From Auanema rhodensis (taxonomy: Eukaryota; Animalia; Nematoda): a DNA stretch of 64,000 bases. A program made the translations under genes and the position numbers. The notes below the pieces were generated by a model, which made no database searches, was not told the DNA's origin, and saw only the letters and a list, made by a program, of their open reading frames with translations. Shown here piece after piece: positions 34,301-47,037 of this stretch. The first letter of the stretch is position 1; the number at the start of each line of letters is the position of its first letter. The stretch is taken from assembly GCA_964057225.1 (NCBI GenBank), contig OZ059895.1, positions 13,020,001-13,084,000 on the forward strand. Reading direction: 5' to 3'.

Positions 34301-37300
34301 ATTAAAAAGGTTTCACAGTTGTATAGTGTTTAAACAATGTTTGTTTCAATAGGAAATAGATAGAAACAGTAAAGTTAAGATGAAGGTTCATTAACTACTG
34401 GTTTATAACTGTAATATAGAAATAAGATTGAAGATATTTTGATGCCTTGGGTTGAGCTATCTAAGTAAAACTGCTGGAAAATTAAAAACATTTGTTACGG
34501 AAGAGATAAAATTGAAAATCAGCTGCATTGCGTACTTTCAACGTGGTATGATCGTTAAAAAAATTTGAAAAGCTTACGGCACCCGGGATTCCCAAGCCGT
34601 CTCCGATCCAAGTACTAACCGGGCCCAACGTTGCTTGACTTGCCAGATCGGACGGAATGGCGTACTTTCAACGTGGTATGGTCGTAAGCGAAAATACCTG
34701 ATATTCAATGATTTACATACTTATCCTCGTTATTGTTTTTTTTCCAATTTCATGTTAGTTATGTAATTTTCTACGTTACATCTAAATCCCTCGATGATAT
34801 CAAATCTTATGAGATCCAAATACAATAAATTAAAAAGGTTTCACAGTTGTATAGTGTTTAAACAATGTTTGTTTCAATAGGAAATAGATAGAAACAGTAA
34901 AGTTAAGATGAAGGTTCATAAACTACTGGTTTATAACTGTAATATAGAAATAAGATTGAAGATATTTTGATGCCTTGGGTTGAGCTATCTAAGTAAAACT
35001 GCTGGAAAATTAAAAACATTTGTTACGGAAGAGATAAAATTGAAAATCAGCTGCATTGCGTACTTTCAACGTGGTATGATCGTTAAAAAAATTTGAAAAG
35101 CTTACGGCACCCGGGATTCCCAAGCCGTCTCCGATCCAAGTACTAACCGGGCCCAACGTTGCTTGACTTGCCAGATCGGACGGGATGGCGTACTTTCAAC
35201 GTGGTATGGTCGTAAGCGAAAATACCTGATATTCAATGATTTACATAATTATCCTCGTTATTGTTTTTTTTCCAATTTCATGTTAGTTATGTAATTTTCT
35301 ACGTTACATCTAAATCCCTCGATGATATCAAATCTTATGAGATCCAAATACAATAAATTAAAAAGGTTTCACAGTGGTATAGTGTTTAAACAATGTTTGT
35401 TTCAATAGGAAATAGATAGAAACAGTAAAGTTAAGATGAAGGTTCATAAACTACTGGTTAATAACTGTAATATAGAAATAAGATTGAAGATATTTTGATG
35501 CTTTGGGTTGAGCTATCTAAGTAAAACTGCTGGAAAATTAAAAACATTTGTTACTGAAGAGATAAAATTGAAAATCAGCTGCATGGCGTACTTTCAACGT
35601 GGTATGGTCGTAAGCGAAAAAATCTGATATTCAATGATTTACATACTTATCCTCGTTATTGTTTTTTTTCCAATTTCATGTTAGTTATGTAATTTTCTAC
35701 GTTACATCTAAATTCCTCGATGATATCAAATCTTATGAGCTCCAAATACAATAAATTAAAAAAGGTTTCACAGTTGTATAGTGTTAAAACAATGTTTGTT
35801 TCAATAGGAAATAGATAGAAACAGTAAAGTTAAGATGAAGGTTCATAAACTACTGGTTTATAACTGTAATATAGAAATAAGATTGAAGATATTTTGATGC
35901 CTTGGGTTGAGCTATCTAAGTAAAACTGCTGGAAAATTAAAAACATTTGTTACTGAAGAGATAAAATTGAAAATCAGCTGCATTGCGTACTTTCAACGTG
36001 GTATGATCGTTAAAAAAATTTGAAAAGCTTACGGCACCCGGGTTTCCCAAGCCGTCTCCGATCCAAGTACTAACCGGGCCCAACGTTGCTTGACTTGCCA
36101 GATCGGACGGGATGGCGTACTTTCAACGTGGTATGGTCGTAAGCGAAAATACCTGATATTCAATGATTTACATACTTATCCTCGTTATTGTTTTTTTTCC
36201 AATTTCATGTTAGTTATGTAATTTTCTACGTTACATCTAAATCCCTCGATGATATCAAATCTTATGAGATCCAAATACAATAAATTAAAAAAGGTTTCAC
36301 AGTTGTATAGTGTTTAAACAATGTTTGTTTCAATAGGAAATAGATAGAAACAGTAAAGTTAAGATGAAGGTTCATAAACTACTGGTTTATAACTGTAATA
36401 TAGAAATAAGATTGAAGATATTTTGATGCCTTGGGTTGAGCTATCTAAGTAAAACTGCTGGAAAATTAAAAACATTTGTTACGGAAGAGATAAAATTGAA
36501 AATCAGCTGCATTGCGTACTTTCAACGTGGTATGATCGTTAAAAAAATTTGAAAAGCTTACGGCACCCGGGATTCCCAAGCCGTCTCCGATCCAAGTACT
36601 AACCGGGCCCAAAGTTGCTTGACTTGCCAGATCGGACGGAATGGCGTACTTTCAACGTGGTATGGTCGTAAGCGAAAATACCTGATATTCAATGATCTAC
36701 ATACTTATCCTCGTTATTGTTTTTTTTCCAATTTCATGTTAGTTATGTAATTTTCTACGTTACATCTAAATTCCTCGATGATATCAAATCTTATGAGCTC
36801 CAAATACAATAAATTAAAAAAGGTTTCACAGTTGTATAGTGTTAAAACAATGTTTGTTTCAATAGGAAATAGATAGAAACAGTAAAGTTAAGATGAAGGT
36901 TCATAAACTACTGGTTTATAACTGTAATATAGAAATAAGATTGAAGATATTTTGATGCCTTGGGTTGAGCTATCTAAGTAAAACTGCTGGAAAATTAAAA
37001 ACATTTGTTACTGAAGAGATAAAATTGAAAATCAGCTGCATTGCGTACTTTCAACGTGGTATGATCGTTAAAAAAATTTGAAAAGCTTACGGCACCCGGG
37101 TTTCCCAAGCCGTCTCCGATCCAAGTACTAACCGGGCCCAACGTTGCTTGACTTGCCAGATCGGACGGGATGGCGTACTTTCAACGTGGTATGGTCGTAA
37201 GCGAAAATACCTGATATTCAATGATTTACATACTTATCCTCGTTATTGTTTTTTTTCCAATTTCATGTTAGTTATGTAATTTTCTACGTTACATCTAAAT

Positions 37301-40300
37301 CCCTCGATGATATCAAATCTTATGAGATCCAAATACAATAAATTAAAAAAGGTTTCACAGTTGTATAGTGTTTAAACAATGTTTGTTTCAATAGGAAATA
37401 GATAGAAACAGTAAAGTTAAGATGAAGGTTCATAAACTACTGGTTTATAACTGTAATATAGAAATAAGATTGAAGATATTTTGATGCCTTGGGTTGAGCT
37501 ATCTAAGTAAAACTGCTGGAAAATTAAAAACATTTGTTACGGAAGAGATAAAATTGAAAATCAGCTGCATTGCGTACTTTCAACGTGGTATGATCGTTAA
37601 AAAAATTTGAAAAGCTTACGGCACCCGGGATTCCCAAGCCGTCTCCGATCCAAGTACTAACCGGGCCCAACGTTGCTTGACTTGCCAGATCGGACGGAAT
37701 GGCGTACTTTCAACGTGGTATGGTCGTAAGCGAAAATACCTGATATTCAATGATTTACATACTTATCCTCGTTATTGTTTTTTTTCCAATTTCATGTTAG
37801 TTATGTAATTTTCTACGTTACATCTAAATCCCTCGATGATATCAAATCTTATGAGATCCAAATACAATAAATTAAAAAGGTTTCACAGTTGTATAGTGTT
37901 TAAACAATGTTTGTTTCAATAGGAAATAGATAGAAACAGTAAAGTTAAGATGAAGGTTCATTAACTACTGGTTTATAACTGTAATATAGAAATAAGATTG
38001 AAGATATTTTGATGCCTTGGGTTGAGCTATCTAAGTAAAACTGCTGGAAAATTAAAAACATTTGTTACGGAAGAGATAAAATTGAAAATCAGCTGCATTG
38101 CGTACTTTCAACGTGGTATGATCGTTAAAAAAATTTGAAAAGCTTACGGCACCCGGGATTCCCAAGCCGTCTCCGATCCAAGTACTAACCGGGCCCAACG
38201 TTGCTTGACTTGCCAGATCGGACGGAATGGCGTACTTTCAACGTGGTATGGTCGTAAGCGAAAATACCTGATATTCAATGATTTACATACTTATCCTCGT
38301 TATTGTTTTTTTTCCAATTTCATGTTAGTTATGTAATTTTCTACGTTACATCTAAATCCCTCGATGATATCAAATCTTATGAGATCCAAATACAATAAAT
38401 TAAAAAGGTTTCACAGTTGTATAGTGTTTAAACAATGTTTGTTTCAATAGGAAATAGATAGAAACAGTAAAGTTAAGATGAAGGTTCATAAACTACTGGT
38501 TTATAACTGTAATATAGAAATAAGATTGAAGATATTTTGATGCCTTGGGTTGAGCTATCTAAGTAAAACTGCTGGAAAATTAAAAACATTTGTTACGGAA
38601 GAGATAAAATTGAAAATCAGCTGCATTGCGTACTTTCAACGTGGTATGATCGTTAAAAAAATTTGAAAAGCTTACGGCACCCGGGATTCCCAAGCCGTCT
38701 CCGATCCAAGTACTAACCGGGCCCAACGTTGCTTGACTTGCCAGATCGGACGGGATGGCGTACTTTCAACGTGGTATGGTCGTAAGCGAAAATACCTGAT
38801 ATTCAATGATTTACATAATTATCCTCGTTATTGTTTTTTTTCCAATTTCATGTTAGTTATGTAATTTTCTACGTTACATCTAAATCCCTCGATGATATCA
38901 AATCTTATGAGATCCAAATACAATAAATTAAAAAGGTTTCACAGTGGTATAGTGTTTAAACAATGTTTGTTTCAATAGGAAATAGATAGAAACAGTAAAG
39001 TTAAGATGAAGGTTCATAAACTACTGGTTTATAACTGTAATATAGAAATAAGATTGAAGATATTTTGATGCCTTGGGTTGAGCTATCTAAGTAAAACTGC
39101 TGGAAAATTAAAAACATTTGTTACGGAAGAGATAAAATTGAAAATCAGCTGCATTGCGTACTTTCAACGTGGTATGATCGTTAAAAAAATTTGAAAAGCT
39201 TACGGCACCCGGAATTCCCAAGCCGTCTCCGATCCAAGTACTAACCGGGCCCAACGTTGCTTGACTTGCCAGATCGGACGGGATGGCGTACTTTCAACGT
39301 GGTATGGTCGTAAGCGAAAATACCTGATATTCAATGATTTACATACTTATCCTCGTTATTGTTTTTTTTTCAATTTTATGTTAGTTATGTAATTTTCTAC
39401 GTTACATCTAAATCCCTCGATGATATCAAATCTTATGAGATCCAAATACAATAAATTGAAAAAGGTTTCACAGTTGTATAGTGTTTAAACAATGTTTGTT
39501 TCAATAGGAAATAGAAAGAAACAGTAAAGTTAAGATGAAGGTTCATAAACTACTGGTTTATAACTGTAATATAGAAATAAGATTGAAGATATTTTGATGC
39601 CTTGGGTTGAGCTATCTAAGTAAAACTGCTGGAAAATTAAAAACATTTGTTACGGAAGAGATAAAATTGAAAATCAGCTGCATGGCGTACTTTCAACGTG
39701 GTATGGTCGTAAGCGAAAAAATCTGATATTCAATGATTTACATACTTATCCTCGTTATTGTTTTTTTTCCAATTTCATGTTAGTTATGTAATTTTCTACG
39801 TTACATCTAAATTCCTCGATGATATCAAATCTTATGAGCTCCAAATACAATAAATTAAAAAAGGTTTCACAGTTGTATAGTGTTAAAACAATGTTTGTTA
39901 CAATAGGAAATAGAAAGAAACAGTAAAGTTAAGATGAAGGTTCATAAACTACTGGTTTATAACTGTAATATAGAAATAAGATTGAAGATATTTTGATGCC
40001 TTGGGTTGAGCTATCTAAGTAAAACTGCTGGAAAATTAAAAACATTTGTTACTGAAGAGATAAAATTGAAAATCAGCTGCATGGCGTACTTTCAACGTGG
40101 TATGATCGTTAAAAAAATTTGAAAAGCTTACGGCACCCGGGATTCCCAAGCCGTCTCCGATCCAAGTACTAACCGGGCCCAACGTTGCTTAACTTGCCAG
40201 ATCGGACGGGATGGCAGACTTTCAACGTGGTATGGTCGTAAGCGAAAATACCTGATATTCAATGATTTACATACTTATCCTCGTTATTGTTTTTTTTCCA

Positions 40301-43300
40301 ATTTCATGTTAGTTATGTAATTTTCTACGTTACATCTAAATTCCTCGATGATATCAAATCTTATGAGCTCCAAATACAATAAATTAAAAAAGGTTACACT
40401 GTTGTATAGTGTTTAAACAATGTTTGTTTCAATAGGAAATAGATAGAAACAGTAAAGTTAAGATGAAGGTTCATAAACTACTGGTTTATAACTGTAATAT
40501 AGAAATAAGATTGAAGATATTTTGATGCCTTGGGTTGAGCTATCTAAGTAGAACTGCTGGAAAATTAAAAACATTTGTTACGGAAGAGATAAAATTGAAA
40601 ATCAGCTGCATTGCGTACTTTCAACGTGGTATGATCGTTAAAAAAATTTGAAAAGCTTACGGCACCCGGGATTCCCAAGCCGTCTCCGATCCAAGTACTA
40701 ACCGGGCCCAACGTTGCTTGACTTGCCAGATAGGACGGGATGGCGTACTTTCAACGTGGTATGGTCGTAAGCGAAAATACCTGATATTCAATGATTTACA
40801 TACTTATCCTCGTTATTGTTTTTTTTTCCAATTTCATGTTAGTTATGTAATTTTCTACGTTACATCTAAATCCCTCGATGATATCAAATCTTATGAGATC
40901 CAAATACAATAAATTGAAAAAGGTTTCACAGTTGTATAGTGTTTAAACAATGTTTGTTTCAATAGGAAATAGATAGAAACAGTAAAGTTAAGATGAAGGT
41001 TCATAAACTACTGGTTTATAACTGTAATATAGAAATAAGATTGAAGATATTTTGATGCCTTGGGTTGAGCTATCTAAGTAAAACTGCTGGAAAATTAAAA
41101 ACATTTGTTACGGAAGAGATAAAATTGAAAATCAGCTGCATGGCGTACTTTCAACGTGGTATGGTCGTAAGCGAAAAAATCTGATATTCAATGATTTACA
41201 TACTTATCCTCGTTATTGTTTTTTTTACAATTTCATGTTAGTTATGTAATTTTCTACGTTACATCTAAATTCCTCGATGATATCAAATCTTATGAGCTCC
41301 AAATACAATAAATTAAAAAAGGTTACACTGTTGTATAGTGTTAAAACAATGTTTGTTTCAATAGGAAATAGATAGAAACAGTAAAGTTAAGATGAAGGTT
41401 CATAAACTACTGGTTTATAACTGTAATATAGAAATAAGATTGAAGATATTTTGATGCCTTGGGTTGAGCTATCTAAGTAAAACTGCTGGAAAATTAAAAA
41501 CATTTGTTACTGAAGAGATCAAATTGAAAATCAGCTGCATTGCGTACTTTCAACGTGGTATGATCGTTAAAAAAATTTGAAAAGCTTACGGCACCCGGGA
41601 TTCCCAAGCCGTCTCCGATCCAAGTACTAACCGGGCCCAACGTTGCTTGACTTGCCAGATCGGACGGGATGGCGTACTTTCAACGTGGTATGGTCGTAAG
41701 CGAAAATACCTGATATTCAATGATTTACATACTTATCCTCGTTATTGTTTTTTTTCCAATTTCATGTTAGTTATGTAATTTTCTACGTTACATCTAAATC
41801 CCTCGATGATATCAAATCTTATGAGATCCAAATACAATAAATTAAAAAAGGTTTCACAGTTGTATAGTGTTTAAACAATGTTTCTTTCAATAGGAAATAG
41901 ATAGAAACAGTAAAGTTAAGATGAAGGTTCATAAACTACTGGTTCATAACTGTAATATAGAAATAAGATTGAAGATATTTTGATGCCTTGGGTTGAGCTA
42001 TCTAAGTAAAACTGCTGGAAAATTAAAAACATTTGTTACGGAAGAGATAAAATTAAAAATCAGCTGCATTGCGTACTTTCAACGTGGTATGATCGTTAAA
42101 AAAATTTGAAAAGCTTACGGCACCCGGGATTCCCAAGCCGTCTCCGATCCAAGTACTAACCGGGGCCAACGTTGCTTGACTTGCCAGATCGGACGGGATG
42201 GCGTACTTTCAACGTGGTATGGTCGTAAGCGAAAATACCTGATATTCAATGATTTACATACTTATCCTCGTTATTGTTTTTTTTCCAATTTCATGTTAGT
42301 TATGTAATTTTCTACGTTACATCTAAATCCCTCGATGATATCAAATCTTATGAGATCCAAATACAATAAATTAAAAAGGTTTCACAGTTGTATAGTGTTT
42401 AAACAATGTTTGTTTCAATAGGAAATAGATAGAAACAGTAAAGTTAAGATGAAGGTTCATAAACTACTGGTTTATAACTGTAATATAGAAATAAGATTGA
42501 AGATATTTTGATGCCTTGGGTTGAGCTATCTAAGTAGAACTGCTGGAAAATTAAAAACATTTGTTACGGAAGAGATAAAATTGAAAATCAGCTGCATTGC
42601 GTACTTTCAACGTGGTATGATCGTTAAAAAAATTTGAAAAGCTTACGGCACCCGGGATTCCCAAGCCGTCTCCGATCCAAGTACTAACCGGGCCCAACGT
42701 TGCTTGACTTGCCAGATAGGACGGGATGGCGTACTTTCAACGTGGTATGGTCGTAAGCGAAAATACCTGATATTCAATGATTTACATACTTATCCTCGTT
42801 ATTGTTTTTTTTCCAATTTCATGTTAGTTATGTAATTTTCTACGTTACATCTAAATCCCTCGATGATATCAAATCTTATGAGATCCAAATACAATAAATT
42901 GAAAAAGGTTTCACAGTTGTATAGTGTTTAAACAATGTTTGTTTCAATAGGAAATAGATAGAAACAGTAAAGTTAAGATGAAGGTTCATAAACTACTGGT
43001 TTATAACTGTAATATAGAAATAAGATTGAAGATATTTTGATGCCTTGGGTTGAGCTATCTAAGTAAAACTGCTGGAAAATTAAAAACATTTGTTACGGAA
43101 GAGATAAAATTGAAAATCAGCTGCATGGCGTACTTTCAACGTGGTATGGTCGTAAGCGAAAAAATCTGATATTCAATGATTTACATACTTATCCTCGTTA
43201 TTGTTTTTTTTCCAATTTCATGTTAGTTATGTAATTTTCTACGTTACATCTAAATTCCTCGATGATATCAAATCTTATGAGCTCCAAATACAATAAATTA

Positions 43301-43687
43301 AAAAAGGTTTCACAGTTGTATAGTGTTAAAACAATGTTTGTTTCAATAGGAAATAGATAGAAACAGTAAAGTTAAGATGAAGGTTCATAAACTACTGGTT
43401 TATAACTGTAATATAGAAATAAGATTGAAGATATCTTGATGCCTTGGGTTGAGCTATCTAAGTAAAACTGCTGGAAAATTAAAAACATTTGTTACGGAAG
43501 AGATAAAATTGAAAATCAGCTGCATTGCGTACTTTCAACGTGGTATGATCGTTAAAAAAATTTGAAAAGCTTACGGCACCCGGGATTCCCAAGCCGTCTC
43601 CGATCCAAGTACTAACCGGGCCCAACGTTGCTTGACTTGCCAGATCGGACGGAATGGCGTACTTTCAACGTGGTATGGTCGTAAGCG
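25353..43687 (-). rRNA. 5S rRNA: 5S rDNA tandem array, segment 2 (~28 full genes, ~9 short units)
   Basis: Same units as segment 1. First full gene 26100-26218, last 43568-43686. Confidence 0.96.
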
Positions 43688-43787
43688 GGCATTCATACAT
43701 TGGCACCATTTTACCCATACACCAAATATACACTATACAATGCCACCAAGAATTATACATCGGCACCATAGTTTGTTACATTGACAC
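43688..43787 (+). repeat. Left TIR
   Basis: Inverted copy of 46938-47037 with internal TACA(T/A)(T/C)G(G/C/A)CACC sub-repeats. Confidence 0.92.
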
Positions 43788-43886
43788 CAACTTTTCGAAT
43801 ATGTCTATTTTTTTTTCATTTTCAAAAATACCAACTAAACAAATTAATTTCATTAATGAATATTTTTATTTTGAAAAAATGAGGAT

Positions 43887-46769
43887 TCAGTTAACATTTT
43901 CGAAATTGTCCGTTATATCTTCAATCGATGAAGCAGTTGTGCTAAAAAAAATAAAGCTAAATTTTTGAATTTTGAACTTACTTCACGAGACTCACAAAAT
44001 TTCTGGAGTTATTATTTTTGCTAAATTGACTGCCTTTTCTTACTTGGTACTTTGTACCTTGCTCAGGTCTCATGCGCTCTCGAATAATAGAACTGCAAGT
44101 TTGTTGTTCTTTTTCTTTTTCCATTTCTGCGATTACTGTGGAGCGAATTTCAGGTGCCATATTTAAGATAACAACAAGCCTAAAAATCTAATGTAATCCA
44201 TGCATTATTGCTTTCTTACCTATGGATACAAAACCTGTGCGCTACTTTTTTTTGCAAGTGTAACTGAAGCATTGTAGAACATTCTCCTTATGTGTCACAT
44301 AATTACATCTAAATCGCCAATATTTTCCAATCATCAATTTTTCTCACTCATTCTTATTTTTTGTGTCAAGAATAAAAAAGTACGATGGATATCTAGCGCA
44401 TGAATGTACTTTTTTATCTTGCACTAGATTGTTAATAAGTTCCGCAGGAACTTTCAAAGGCATGCTCCAAACAGGAATATCTTCAAACATATTCCCGACA
44501 ATTGAATTTTTCAATCCAAAAGAGTGTAAAATGAGTCTTTTCTGGCAGGAACTTTTCATTTTCCATTCTACAGGATTAATAGCAAACTCATGTAGAAGTT
44601 TTGAAGATACGCCTCCAACTGCTCGTATTCTCTCTTCAATTTCTTCTGAGAAAAACAAATAGATAGGTTTAAAACATATCTCACCTTTATGAACAGTCAA
44701 AAAATCGTTAAGAATTTTTTGTGCTGGTTTTTTGCATGTTATAAGCTGTTTCATATGATTGTTTCTCGATTCAATAATATTTGAAGATAGGAACTGCATA
44801 GTCCATCCGGCCATAAGTTTTCTACTCATGCTATTTGTTTCGTAGAGATTAGAAAAATTGAGAGTAAGCCTAAAACAACAGATATATTCATATAGAGTAT
44901 AAAAACAACCATCGTTTTAATGAGCGTTCACACTCGTTTATAAAATTGAGCATATTAAACTCATATTCCTTTTTTGTTAGTGATGAGAGAATTCCTTTTT
45001 TAATAACTGTACCTTTATCTGTCTAAAATTTTTTTTTTGAAAATATCAAGATAAATTCGTTTAACATACAGATCTTTTGACTCCATACAACGCTTCTTTT
45101 ACTCGGTCATAGTCGTGTATATTATCCTTCTTGATAACATCCTTTATATTGTTCAATCTGTGAACGTCACAGCGAAGCAAAATACAATCTTTCAAAAAAG
45201 ATCCCTGAAAAACAAAATGTATCAAGTGGCAACTTTTTTTGAAATATATACTGTATTATACACACTGAAAGATTCCTCCCCATCATGAATAAGAATTCCA
45301 ATAGTTTTATCAGTACAATGTTTTAAAAACATATTATTCAGAAAAGAACTAAAATGCTCGTGCTCGGTTTTTTCTTTTGAAGAATGAATCATTACGGCTA
45401 ATAAAATACTCGAATTCTTTTCTGATCTCTTACTTCTGAAAAAACGGTATAACTTTAAGTTTGTTGCGTATATCAGACTTGAATGTGTCAGACACTCCTA
45501 GTACTAACGTTACGTATTCGGCAGAAGCTAAAGCAAACGTAGTATCCAACATGATGCTGGCTCCGATGGTGGGAAAACTTCCGCTCTCATTTACATTAGC
45601 TAAGTATTGATCTGAAATGTAAAATAAATACATATTATAAAAGTCTAATGATGAACTAAAAACTTGTTCTTGTTCTTTTTCTGTCATATGATCTAGAGCA
45701 GAAACACTGCGTCTGTGATTAGCTACATCTTCAACCAAAGGAAGACTTGCTCCAAAACAAGTGAAAGCGGACGGATATCCTATTATCACTCTGACACGCA
45801 GACTTCCGTCTTCTATGAAGAATCTTTGTGTAATATGAACAAACTGTAGCACTTACCGTTTGTTTCGATAACGGGCTTATCGAGTTCCTCCTCTTGATGA
45901 GGTTTTGCCAAAAACCTATTCATTATTGAATAGAAATCGATTGGTGCTTTTCTACCTATATTTGACTTCACATGCTCAGGAACAGATCTAATTAAACTAT
46001 TCAGCTGGAAAAGTTGAAAATCTATTTTGAACTGTTTGGAAATGAACCGTAGATGACGGCACAATTAATCCCTTAGCACGAAGAAATTTTCTTGCCTCAA
46101 TTGTAGTACGATGGTTAAGAGCGTCTTTGAAAACAGCTCTTTCTGAGGGAAGAATTCTATTAATAGCCTGATTCGGAATGGTGACATCGTTCTGCAACAA
46201 AATATTATTATCTACGAGATTCAATGAGTTACCTCCGATTTGTATATATATAAAACGTTAGTTAGAAGGTTATCATGCTGATCTAGTACAAAGAATATCT
46301 AAGAGAACATTGATAAAAAAATAAAAAGCAGACCTCTCGTTTCAACGAAGCAATGTTTGGGTGAATATTTTTGATTGTATGCAATCTTAAAATGCCCATA
46401 AGCGTTAGTTCAAAAATATCAGCATCAATATTAATATCCACATGACGATCCGAAGATTTTGTGGTTGTACGTTTACCGAAAATATCTATTACAAAAAACA
46501 TTAAACTCATGCTAATATGAAAAACATAAATCATACCCTTGCCGCACCATGGACTCAAGAAATCAAAAGTGAGATCACTAATGTTAACAACTGATTCTTT
46601 ATTGAGGAAAAACATGGTAGCACCTTTAATTAACTTCTCTAAACGAGGTATATCATCGAAAATTTCGTTATCTGTTCTGGAAAAAAAAGAAAAAAATATA
46701 CATCTACATGAGATTTTACTTCGAAGAGTTCAAGCGTTCCAGAGCTTCAGGAAATGTAGTGTTCTTCAT
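43887..46769 (-). CDS. Multi-exon MULE transposase, with at least one frameshift as assembled
   Basis: ATG 46769 to TGA 43887 across short GT-AG introns. Motifs MLDTTFAL...YVT (D1), ILIHDGEES (D2, ~45283), LLRCDVHRLNNIKD (CxxH, ~45170), SSNIIESRN (E), and SWIM-like C..C..CIH. Not all junctions could be resolved. Confidence 0.85.
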
Positions 46770-46937
46770 CTTGGAAATTTTAACAATAGTGAGTATTGAA
46801 AAAATATTTGCTTATAACTGAGAAAATCATATTTGACCCGTGAGAAATGTTACCCTATTCCTACCCTTCCAATTTCAATTAGAACATCACATTTAAATAT
46901 TTTAAGTGCGTGAGAAAAACTATTGTTTCAAATTTTA

Positions 46938-47037
46938 GTGTCAATGTAACAAACTATGGTGCCGATGTATAATTCTTGGTGCCATTGTATAGTGTATATT
47001 TGGTGTATGGGTAAAGTGGTGCTAATGTAGATATACC
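46938..47037 (-). repeat. Right TIR
   Basis: Reverse complement GGTATATCTACATTAGCACCACTTTACCCATACACC... matches the left end. Confidence 0.92.

Larger units (their letters stand above)
43688..47037 (-). mobile_element. Mutator/MULE DNA transposon (3350 bp)
   Basis: ~100-bp TIRs starting GG, a 9-bp TSD TCGTAAGCG (43679-43687, 47038-47046) and an intron-containing DDE transposase. Confidence 0.93.
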
